NCBI GenBank assembly: GCA_035221665.1
Contig: CM069156.1
Coordinates: 23,994,001 to 24,058,000 of the forward strand
Origin: Okamejei kenojei
Lineage: Eukaryota
Length of the DNA: 64,000 bases
Direction: 5' to 3'
Position 1 is the stretch's first letter; the number at the start of each line of letters is the position of its first letter. The notes below the pieces were generated by a model. It did no database searches, was not told the DNA's origin, and saw only the letters and a list, made by a program, of their open reading frames with translations. Of the stretch, positions 1 to 10,200 are shown piece after piece. A program made the position numbers and the translations under genes.

Positions 1-257
1 GATAGGTTAACTTGGCATCATGTTTGGCACAAATATTGAAGGTAGACAAAAGTGCTGGAGAAACTCAGCGGGGGAGGCAGCATCTATGGAGTGAAGGAAA
101 TAGGCAATGTTTTGGGCTGAAACCCTTCTTCAGACTGCACAAACATTGTTGAACAAACATTGTTGTTTGAAAGAACCTGTTCCTGTGTTGTACTGACCTA
201 TGTTCTGTTAAACACCTCCCATCAATTATCTTCGTCCCATGTGATACCCACACTCAC

Positions 258-370
258 CGCAGCCGGCTCCGTGAACAAATACTGACTACCGAGGTAGGCG
301 CAGGCAAACGCTGCCACCACAGTCACCAAGAAGTTAAAGATGGTTACCACCACGGCCTTGGCAGATCGCA
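258..370 (-). CDS. TMEM199: TMEM199 coding exon 5 (transmembrane helix)
   Basis: ttgcag|[38 protein letters not shown]|gtgagt. Confidence 0.95.
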
Positions 371-3300
371 CTGCAACACCGACAGAAAGAGGTAGACATC
401 AGCAAGGGTTAAAAGCCGATCTGACACAGGAGATCGACAGTGCTGGTCACAGCTAGGTAGCCAAAACCCCAGAACCAGAGGAAACTGCTCTGTGTTCTGG
501 AAATAAGAGCAGCATTTCTAAAGCGATGCTGATGCAAAACGACTATTGGGATGCTCTATGTTTCCATAAGATCACCTCTCATCCTCTGAACTCCAAAAAA
601 TATATACCTTACCTATTTAATGGAGACACAAGAGACTGCAGATGCTGGAACCTTGAGCAAAAGTGCTAGAGGAACTCAGTGGGTAGCATCTTTGGAGAGA
701 ATGGCCAGATGACATTTTGGGTTGGAACCCTTCTTCAGACCCGCTTCGCCTGACTTGACAGGATGTTCCATCCGGAGCTCCTGGGTGAGGTGCAGATGCT
801 TATGAAGGTAGACAAAAACGCCGGAGAAACTCAGCAGGTGAGGCGGCATCTATGGAGCGAAGGTATAGGTGACGTTTCAGGTCGAGAAACGTCTGAAGAA
901 AGGTCTCAACCTGAATTGTCACCTATTCCTTCGCTCCATAGATGCTGCCTCACCCGCTGAGTTTCTCCAGCATTTTTGTCTACCTTTGATTTTTCGAGCA
1001 TCTGCAGTTCTTTGTTAAACAGATGGTTATGAAGGCTCCCCTTCCACTACCCCCACCTCAATAGTTCCCAGCTGAACGAAGTCACTCTGAGACTTTGGTA
1101 CACAAGTGCCAGATTGTTGTCAGAGTCACAAACTAATTCTACAGTGGAATCAACTAAAACCGCAGAGACCAGAATCTGAATCAAAACCAATTGCTGGAAG
1201 AACTCAGCCAGGCAGCAGGTCCTGTGGAAAGAGGTTCTCAGGAAGGCTCCCTAACCCGAAATGTTAAATAAATATTTTTTTCACAAGTGACTACCTGACT
1301 GGCTGAGATCCTCCATCATTTCCCTTGTCATTTAATTCTACATTCGGTCCTCCTCATCTTGAACTTAATTTTGAATAGATGTAATTTTAAACAAATCCAA
1401 TGGAAAATCTTCAGCCACTCACCTTGCCTTCCCACATCTCCGATTGTGCCGTATCGGTTTATCTGCTAGGAACAAAAGATAAAGGGAAGTTAGCACCAAG
1501 CTGTGGCTTTATCCCCAGCCAGGCTGTCCTGCTCCTGGACACAGGGCTACACCAGTATAGAGCAAGTACTCCAGAACCCCTGGAGAAGATCACACCACCT
1601 GGCAGTTGACATTTTTGGTGATCCGTCTGTACTCTTCATTTGCCATCTTTGCTTTGATCTTGTCCAATCTGGCCACCAGCTGCGGGTTCTGAAAGGGATA
1701 GGGACTTGACATGAGAAGATCATTAACATTTCATTACTGATAACCTGTAACAGATATACTAGATTAAGTCTGATCTCCTGTCCTCAGCACACACACTCAC
1801 AAGGATCAGAGATGGTGACCCACCACAGACACCCACAGAGATATTTGCACTTTTGACTTCCTAAAATACGTCGCCTCATTGGTAGAGCTGCCGCTTCACA
1901 GCACCAGTGACACAGGCTCAATCCGTGCACCATCTTGCACGTTCTCCCTGTGACTGCGTGACTTTCCCCCTTGTGATCCGATTTCCTCCCACATCCCAAC
2001 TGCTGCTGTAATTTACTCTCTAATGTAGATATGTGACAATAGAATCAATGATTTGATTGGCATGGTAAGTTGATGGGCACAGGAGATAGAATAAGTTGCA
2101 GAAGTGCTGGAACTGGTATAGACTCAATGAGCATTCTGAATCCTAATGAGAAAGAAAGATAGTATAAATTTTTACTGGGTTTGACGGGCTGATCCTGGCA
2201 GTACAGTCTCAAAATAAGGAACCAGATGTTCAGGGTGGAGTTAAGTAATTTCCGCTCTCAGAATATACCAAATCTTTGAAACTCTCTGCACAGAAGGGTG
2301 GTGGCTCAGTCACTAACTATATTCACAGAAAGATCCCGAAAGTTTGGATATTAATGGAATCGAGGGATATGGGTGGGGAAAGTAGGACTGGGGTTAAAAG
2401 ATCAGCCACAGTGAATGGTGGCACACCCAGTGGGAACCAGTGTCCTCTATCCAGCAGAGACCAGTGTCCAGCAGGGACCAGTGTCCAGTGGAGACCAGTG
2501 TCCTGTGGAGACCAGTGTCCAGCGGAGACCAGTGTCCTGTGGAGACCAGTGTCCTGCGGAGACCAGTGTCCTGCGGAGACCAGTGTCCAGCAGGGACCAG
2601 TGTCCAGCAGGGACCAGTGTCCTGTGGAGACCAGTGTCCTGTGGAGATCAGTGTCCTGTGGAGACCAGTGTCCAGTAAGAACCAGTGTCCGGTGGAGATC
2701 AGTGTCCAGTAGGAACCAGTGTCCTATGGAGATCAGTGTCCAGTTGGGACCAGTGTCCTGTGTAGACCAGTGTCCTGTGGGGACCAGTGTCTGCTGGAGA
2801 ACAGTGTCCAGTACAACCAGTGTATGGTGGAGATCACTTTCCAATGGAGACCAGTGTCCAGCAGAGTCCAGTGTCCAGGAGAAACCAGAAAACAGCAGAG
2901 TCCAGTGCAGAGCCATTGTCATATTAAGGGCAGTATTCCATACCACCCCCACTCAGTCACCTCCTCCCATCTTCTATACTGACCCTCTCAGGCAGCTTCA
3001 CTTCTGGTGTAAATATTTCTGCACCCTCCAGAAGTTCGTGAAGATACACAGGGAACCCTGCAAACATAGAACATCGAACAGTACAGTAAGTAAAAACACA
3101 CAAACCATCACAGCTCAGTCAAGATACAGGTGTTACACAATGACAGGCTAGGGCCCCACTCAATTGACTGGCTAACCATCTTTAAATGGTTATCAGGTCA
3201 CTCAATTTATTCCAGCTTCACTGAGGCAGCACTCCAGGTGGGAGAACAACAGGAGGAGCTCCTCTATTTCACAGCTGTAGGAGTGACATCTCAGCCACGA

Positions 3301-5751
3301 CGGAAGGGCCAGCTAGGGAGGGAGGGGGCAGTCGAGAGTGGACAGGGGGCAGCTGGGGCAGTATGGGTGATGCCAGGGAGGGGAAGGGAGGGGTGCCTGC
3401 ACCCTGTTTACAGCCACACAGGAGCTGCTTCTGCTTGGTAGGATGTAAAGAATGATTCAATGATACTTTATTGTCAAATGTATCTAAGTACAGTGAAATG
3501 CTTTGTTTTGCATGTAGCAGACCTCACCTAGACAGTACACAAGCCTCGCCACGGTTTGTAACAAAGTTACATAAGTTCACCGAACAGTCTACTGACTGCA
3601 GAATTATAATTATAGAGTGATAGATTTATGCAGCACAAAACAGGGCCTTCAGCCCAACTAGTCATGGTGACCAAGGCACCTACCTGAGCTGGTCCTATTT
3701 GTCTGCGCTTGGCCCATATTTCTCTCAACATTTCCTGCCGGTATATCTATCCATATATAATTTAAATGTTGTATTTGTACCCACCTTGGTACCCACACTT
3801 CCTCTGGCAACTCGTTTCACATACCCACTACCGACTGTGTGAAAAGGTTGACAGTCTGGTCCCTTTTAAATGGCTTTACAAAAATCAAAATGCTGGAAGA
3901 ATTCTGTGGGTCAGGCAGCATGTAAGGAAGAAATGAATAAATTATGTTTCAAGTTGGGACCCTTCTTCAGAATGGCAGCCTCTTCTTGTGCTGTACAGTT
4001 CTGTGTTTTCACTTGTCCAAGTTAAATTCCATCTGCTATTCTTTGTGTCATTTTCCCAGTTGATTTCAATCCTGTTGCATTCTTAGACAAACTTCTTCAA
4101 TATCCACTGTGCCAACAAATTTGGTGTAATCTGCAATTTCACATGCACAAAGCCATGCTGACTATCCCTGTCAGTCCTAGCCGTTGCAAACATAGGTAGA
4201 TCCTATCTCTCAGAATCCACTCCAGTCACTTACCTACCATTGAAGGAAGACAAAAATGCTGGAGAAATTCAGCGGGTGAGGCAGCATCAATGGAGCGAAT
4301 GAATAGATGACGTTTTGGGTCGAGACCCTTCTTCAGACTGATGTGGAGGGGGGGGGCGGGAAGAAGAAAGGAAGATGCAGAGACAGTAGACTGACAGCTG
4401 GGAAGCGCAGGGGAAGGAGGGAGAAAGCAAGGACTACCTGAAATTGGAGAAGTCAATGTTCATACCGCTGGGATGTAAACTACCCAAGCGAAATATGAGG
4501 TGCTGCTCCTCCAATTTGTAATGGGACTCACTCTGCCAATGGAGGAGACCCAGAACAAAAAGGTCAGATTCGGAATGGAGGGGGACTTGAAGTGCTGACA
4601 CCATTGTTGTCAGGCTCACTGACAACAATGTAGTTCCCTGGCTTGTCTCTGCAGCTCTACTTAAATAAAGACAGCATTAGCCAGCCTTCAGTCTTCCGTT
4701 ACCTCATCTGTGGCTAACAATTATACAAATATCTCTGCCTGGGCAACAGCAATTTCTTGCCTAACTTCCCACAATGTCCTAGGATGCACTTGGTCAGGCC
4801 CCACAGGTTTATCCATGGGATTTATCCAGATATTTATTTAAAACTGCCAGCACCTCCTTATTTGTGGGGAAAAAAAGACATGGTGCTAGAGGAACTCAGG
4901 GGGTCAGCAGCATCTTTGGAGAAAATGCATTGGTGAAGTTTCAGGTCAGGTTCATATCTCGACGCAAATTGTCACTGTGTTCTCCAGAGATGTTCCCTGC
5001 CCGTTGATTCACTCCACCACATTGTGTCTTTTTATTTAAACCAACATCTGCAATTCCTTGTATCTCTATCCTCTTTTGTGAATATGTTTCAAAACATCTC
5101 TATTTTCCTCCATGATTTCCATAGCTTACATAACCTGTGAAAGAAATAACTGCAGATGCTGGTTTAAATGGAAGGCAGACACAAAATGCTGGAGTAACTC
5201 AGTGGGACAGGCAGCATCTCTGGAGAGACGTTTCTGGTCGAGACTGTCGGATGAACGGTCTTGACCCGAAACATCACCCATTCCTTCTCTCCAGAAATGT
5301 TCCACTGAATTATTCCAGTATTTTGTGCCCAGCTTCCATAACCTCCTTCCTCCATAATAAATACAAATTAAAAATAGTAATTTAAGACCTTGTCCATCTC
5401 CTGTGGCTACACACATAGACAACTGCACTGATCCCTAGTTACCCTGTTGCCCTTAATATAGATAAATGACGTGAGGGCTTTTTGTGGTTATTAAATCCTA
5501 CGACCCAGCATTAATTCATAAAGAATAATGAGATTAAAAACCAGCCATTTTTGTCCGAATTACTCACCTTTTGTTTCCAAGAATATGTGGAGTTTTCTCA
5601 GGAGGGTGAAAGGAATCGTGGGGGTGGGTTTCGTTCCTGTGAAGCAGGATTTGAGTTCAGCATGCAGATCCATGGGCAAAGAATGGTCATCTTTTAGTAC
5701 GAGGTCAAGCTGTTGTAGGAAGCCATCACTCACTCGTAGAGAATGTGCCAT
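258..5751 (-). CDS. TMEM199: TMEM199/VMA12 V-ATPase assembly factor, spliced and partial (last exon lies left of the window)
   Basis: Exons 5568-5751, 2984-3057, 1599-1688, 1423-1465 and 258-370 all have GT-AG boundaries and join in frame (504 nt). Product: [11 protein letters not shown]...[111 protein letters not shown]. This matches remembered TMEM199 motifs, and the head-to-head layout with POLDIP2 is as in human. Confidence 0.95.
806..985. repeat. Fold-back (palindromic) Penelope-derived repeat
   Basis: aaggtagacaaaaa...gacgtttc is the near reverse complement of ...tttttgtctacctt; similar hairpins at ~5140-5330 and ~54775-54980. Confidence 0.7.
1423..1465 (-). CDS. TMEM199: TMEM199 coding exon 4
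   Basis: cctag|[14 protein letters not shown]|gtgagt; NAGNAG acceptor (tagCAG). Confidence 0.88.
1599..1688 (-). CDS. TMEM199: TMEM199 coding exon 3
   Basis: ctttcag|[30 protein letters not shown]|gtggtg. Confidence 0.94.
2435..2910. repeat. ~17-bp minisatellite (GACCAGTGTCCTGTGGA) in a TMEM199 intron
   Basis: About 25-28 contiguous variant units, decaying toward both edges. Confidence 0.95.
2984..3057 (-). CDS. TMEM199: TMEM199 coding exon 2
   Basis: tttgcag|...[24 protein letters not shown]|gtcagt. Confidence 0.93.
4240..4597 (-). mobile_element. Penelope-like element fragment (GIY-YIG end plus terminal region)
   Basis: [26 protein letters not shown] followed by the CTGAAGAAGGGTCTCGACCC terminal motif on the minus strand. 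Confidence 0.75.
5568..5751 (-). CDS. TMEM199: TMEM199 first coding exon
   Basis: ATG at 5751-5749; donor GTGAGT after 5568. An acceptor (ctaacag) lies 7 nt upstream of the ATG, so an upstream UTR exon is likely. Confidence 0.88.
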
Positions 5752-6629
5752 CGGTGAACTGTTAGAAACCCCAAATGGAGCAGCAGGGCACCAAAGTAGC
5801 AGTCTGGGGGAGGGGGGTCACACAAACATATTACCACCAAGCAAAACAGATGGTAGGACCAGTATCAAAACAGAAGATTTTAAATAAAATTCCAACCTAT
5901 AATTTCCCTAGAATTTATAATTGCCAAGAGTCCTTGAGTTAACGCAATCAATATACAATTCTTTTCAAAGGTTCAAAGGTATTTTATTGTCACATGTACC
6001 AATTAAGGTACAGTGAAACTTGATGTACCATGCAGTCATACTAGAAAAAGCAACAAGACACACAACTACATAAAGGTCCACCGCACTGGATTCCCCACAT
6101 TCCTCACTAAAGGCAATAAAGTCTAATCTTCTTCACTCTTTATTCTTTAATCTGCTCTTACAGGAAGAATAGGTACATTTCTAATACACATGGCATTAAA
6201 CAGCATGAAGTGAAAGTATGTTTAGAATACATAACACAATAATGATGTTATTGTACTGGCAATCCAGAGGCTCCACTTTGACAATTGGAAAGTTTAATTC
6301 AATGTATTTAATACATCTGAACTAACAAGTCAATAACAGTAACATTAATCATGAAATTCATGGGGTTCACATGTTCTATAAGGGAAGGAATTCCACCATC
6401 CCTTATCAATCTGACCTGATCTTTTAATTCATTTTTAGTATAAGAGCTCACTAGCAAGGCCAGCATATAGTCGAGATATGAGGGACAGATAGGGTGGTAG
6501 GAGCAATACAAGGATGGTTGGGGGAAATGGAAAATAGTAAATAGGAAATAGTAGGTGAGTCATGAGGGCTTGAGTAGTGACACTTAAACAATTATGACAG
6601 GCACTAATGGACAGGAAGGGGTGTGGGGT

Positions 6630-7790
6630 TCACAAGTCATAGGAGTAGAATTAGACTATTCGGCCCATCGAGTCTACGCCACCATTCAATCATGGCTGAT
6701 CTCTGCCTCCTAATCCAATTTTCCTGCCTTCTCTCCATAACCTTTGACACCCGTTCTAATCAAGAATTTGTCTATATCTGCCTTAAAAATATCCACTGAC
6801 TTGGCCTCGACTGCCCTCTGTGGCAATGGGTTCCACAGATTAACTAGCCTCTGACTTAAGAAGTTCCTCCTCACCTCCTTTCCAAAAGAGCACCCTTTAA
6901 TGCTGAGGCTATGACCTCTGCTCCCTGTTGGATTGCAACCTTGTCGTGGTCGGGAAGCTTGTGTGCCTGTGACCCCTAGAGCTATGCCAGCAGGAGATTT
7001 GTCTCCTGTTAGGGTCTCCCATGCTGGACAGGTCGAAGGGTAGAGGCGAGACGAAGAGCAGTTCACTGGTCCTCCAGGTTGGGGGTTAAGCACAGGGCTA
7101 ACAACCCTGTCTCGTAAAACAAATATATTCGGAAACAGCAACTGAAGGAATCAACACTACTGGGCGTAATTGACTTCCGGGGCTATTGACAGATGATAGG
7201 ATGAATGTCAATGGTGAAAGCCAAAAAGAAGCCACTGGCAGGAAGGTGGAAGTTCTAAATGCCAAACATAAGACTAGGCATCATGCGAAGGCACTGGAAC
7301 TGGATTGGCCATATACTGAGAAGAGAACCAGACAGCATCCCAAGAATAGCCCTGCACTGGACATTGGAAGGGAAAAGGAAAAGAGGGAGACCCAAAACCA
7401 CCTGGCATCGAACTGTAGAGGAGGAAATGAAAACAATGGACCTGACCTGGGGAAGTGTCCAGAAGCTAGCCCAGAACAGACAGGAGTGGAGGACCTTCAT
7501 TGCTGCCCTACATGCCAGGAGGCATAATAGGCAGTAAGTAAGTAAGTAAGTACTATGACTTCTGGTCCTAGACTGTCACACCAGAGGAAACATCCTTTCC
7601 ACATCCACTTCAATAAGGTCCCCCCGCAAATTTCTAAACTCCAGCAAGTACAGGCCAGTGCTGTCATCATATGCTAACCCACTCAATCTTGGAATAATTC
7701 TTGTAAACCTCCTCTGGGCCCAGATTTGCTCACAGTACTCCAAATGCGACCTGACCAGCATCTTATAGAGCCTCAGCATTACATCTCCGG
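6630..7790 (-). mobile_element. CR1-like LINE 3' fragment, split by the RTE insertion
   Basis: MLRLYKMLVRSHLEYC...FTRIIP...RGDLIE on one side and RGHSLSIKG...FLSQRLVNLWNPLP on the other. Confidence 0.8.
6921..7552 (+). mobile_element. Internally deleted RTE-clade LINE (5' end fused to 3' end) inserted in a CR1 fragment
   Basis: C-terminal RT tail RRHWNWIGHILRR...GKRKRGRPKTTW...AQNRQEWR; (TAAG)n tail; TSD ctatgacctctg (6909-6920) / ctatgacttctg (7553-7564). Confidence 0.8.
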
Positions 7791-8707
7791 TAAAGGGGGC
7801 AGAGTGAAGAATGATAGGGGCAGTGATGGATGGGCAGTAGGGTGGGTTGGGGGTCAGGATGACACTGAGACATGAGGGGTGTGGAGGATTCGTTTGTAAA
7901 AGAGGGCTGTGAAGGAGGGAATGAACAGTAGAAACTGTATTGTCAGGACAGGAAGTGAGGGATGATAGGCAGGTGGGGGCAGAAACCGTGAGGTCAGGAG
8001 GGACAGTGGTAAGTTGCAATTGTTGGTTGTCAACAGACAGTGGGGAACAGCTGCTGGGGGGGAGGGTAAGAGGACAATGGGAAAATGTAACGAGGGAGTG
8101 AAAAGGGCAGGGAGAGGAGGCCGGGCACTGGCGGATATCAGGCATGAAGACGATAAATTGTTTTGCAAGAACTACTACAAATATGTAAATGGAAAAGACT
8201 GGCAAGGGTGAATGTGGTCCCCAATAGGGACGGATGAGTAAATAAGGAACTGCAGAGGAATTATACAAATACTTTGTCATGTCAAGTCAAGAGAGTTTAT
8301 CGTCATGTGTCCCAATGAAATTCTTGCTATCATTGACCTATCTGGGAAACATGACAATAAAATACTTTGTTCAGTAGACATAGGAAATGCCACAACTAAC
8401 CACCGTGTGGCGCCAGCAATGAATGCCTCGGCAACAGTCTGTCTGTCCTTTCCTTCTTTGTGTTTTAATAGTATGTATTAAACTATGTTTTTAGTGTTCT
8501 TCAGCTTGTTTTATGTGGGGGGGGAGTAAGGGACGGAAGGGAAGGGGATGGGGGGGATATGGGAAATCTTACCTCGATGGAGATGCGATTTTTTCTGTAT
8601 CATATCTTTGTCCGCACTGATGAGAGACCAACTTCAGGAACTCCAAGCCGCGTGAGTTTCGATCGCCCTGACGCGGGAGCTTTGATCGCCGCGACAATAG
8701 TTCGACT

Positions 8708-9135
8708 GACAATAGACAATAGGTGCAGGAGTAGGCCATTCAGCCCTTCGAGCCAGCACCGCCATTCACTGATCATCCACATTCTGTACCCCATTCCTGT
8801 CTTCTCACCATATCTCCCGACTGCACTATCTTTAAGAGCTCTATCTAACTCTCTCTTGAAAGCATCCAGAGAATTAGCCACCACTGCCTTCTGAGATTCC
8901 CAGGATTCACAACTCTCTGGATGAAAAAGTTTTTCCTCATCTCTGTTCTAAATGGCCTACCCCTTATTCTTAAACTGTGGTCCGTGGTTCTGGACTCCCC
9001 CAACATCAGGAACATGTTTCCTGCCTCTAGCGTGTCCAATCCCTTAATAATCTTATATGTTTCAATAAGATTCCCTCTCATCCTTCTAAATTCCGGAGTA
9101 TACAAGCCCAGCCACTCCATTCTATCAACATATGA
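8708..9135 (-). mobile_element. CR1-like LINE 3' fragment
   Basis: LGLYTPEFRRMRGNLIETYKIIKGLD...FFIQRVVN; nested in another repeat (~8400-9330). Confidence 0.8.
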
Positions 9136-9449
9136 TTGCCCCGACTGCGGGAGAATAGAGGAAGAAGCTGGTCTGTTTTGCCTTCCATCACAGTGAGGAA
9201 TGTGGGGAATCCACTGTGGTGGATGTTTATGTTAACTTTTATGTAGTTGTGTGTCTTGTTGCTTTTTTTTCGTACGGCTGTATGATAATTCGCATATCAC
9301 TGTGCTAATAATAAACCTTTGAAACCTTTGAATACTCAACAAATCAGGCAGCATCTGTGGAGAGGGAGGAAATCTGTAAAACATTCACATCAAGGCAGTC
9401 TGCTGCACCATGACATGGTCCCAGACAGCTGGGCTTTGACCCCAGGCAC

Positions 9450-10200
9450 GGACGGATCTCAAGGCCCGGCACTGAGTTTGTAAAATCCCACTGACAGATT
9501 CGCCGCCCTCGGTCCGATTTCGATGTTAAATCTCACCTGAGCGAATGGAAACGGCCACGACCTGAGGTAATTCCGCAACGAGCTCTGACCTTGCTCTTAC
9601 TTCAGACTCGGGCTTCAAGCCTCGCTAGGCCCGTCGGCATGACAACCTGCGCCATGTTGGTTGTGGGCAGCGCGGCTTTGGGGTAAGTGAGAGCCGGTTC
9701 CGCCTGGTCCCGCGTAGGCCCCGCCCCGCACTGGCATGGCGGCTCCGGCCCTAGGCTTCTGCGTGTCGGCCTTGGCCCGGCACTCTGTCGCCGCACTTCG
9801 GGCCATCGCCGTGTGCCGCGCCTGCAGCATCGGCCAGCGCCATCAGCAAGTCCGGCTCCTATCATCCAGGTAAGGCCCCGGTTAGCGCTACCGCAAGCCT
9901 TGGGCTCGACCAGAATGAAGTCCGATAACAGGCTGTGCAAGTGCGGAACAGTTTGCGGGAATTACTCGTGTTTCACCGCTCATCCAATGTCCACTCTCTC
10001 CCCTCGCCCCCCACCCGGGTACCGTCCCGGCCCGATGCCCCTCACCCCGGGCATGGTCCCGGCCCGGTGTTTCCCACAGCGAGCACGGTTCCGGCCCAGT
10101 GCCCCACACTCCGGGCATGCTTCTGGCTCGGTGTCCCCCACCCCGGGCACAGTCCGGGCCCGGTGCCCCCTCACTGAACATGACCTTGGCCTGGCGTCCC
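9450..10200. promoter_or_regulatory. CpG island / bidirectional promoter of TMEM199 and POLDIP2
   Basis: GC- and CpG-rich. Contains POLDIP2 exon 1, a GC box (ccccgcccc ~9719), a YY1-like CAACATGGCG on the minus strand (~9650-9659) and minus-strand donor sites at 9600 and 9536. Confidence 0.8.
9736..9869 (+). CDS. POLDIP2: POLDIP2 exon 1 (probable mitochondrial presequence)
   Basis: ggcATGG Kozak; MAAPALGFCVSALARHSVAALRAIAVCRACSIGQRHQQVRLLSSR is Arg/Ala/Ser-rich with no acidic residues; donor gtaagg. Confidence 0.88.

Noticed and set aside
2276-3151. 291-aa Cys-rich ORF and overlapping ORFs; also a CRISPR-like look
   Set aside because: These are read-throughs of a 17-bp minisatellite open in several frames and on both strands. 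The units are contiguous with no unique spacers, there are no cas genes, and the context is a eukaryotic intron.
9639-9686. Upstream plus-strand ATG (MTTCAMLVVGSAALG*) with a GTAAGT as alternative POLDIP2 exon 1
   Set aside because: The ATG at 9736 gives a proper presequence ending LSSR in phase with exon 2. The upstream option has only a donor-like motif and no homology support, so it was not called.
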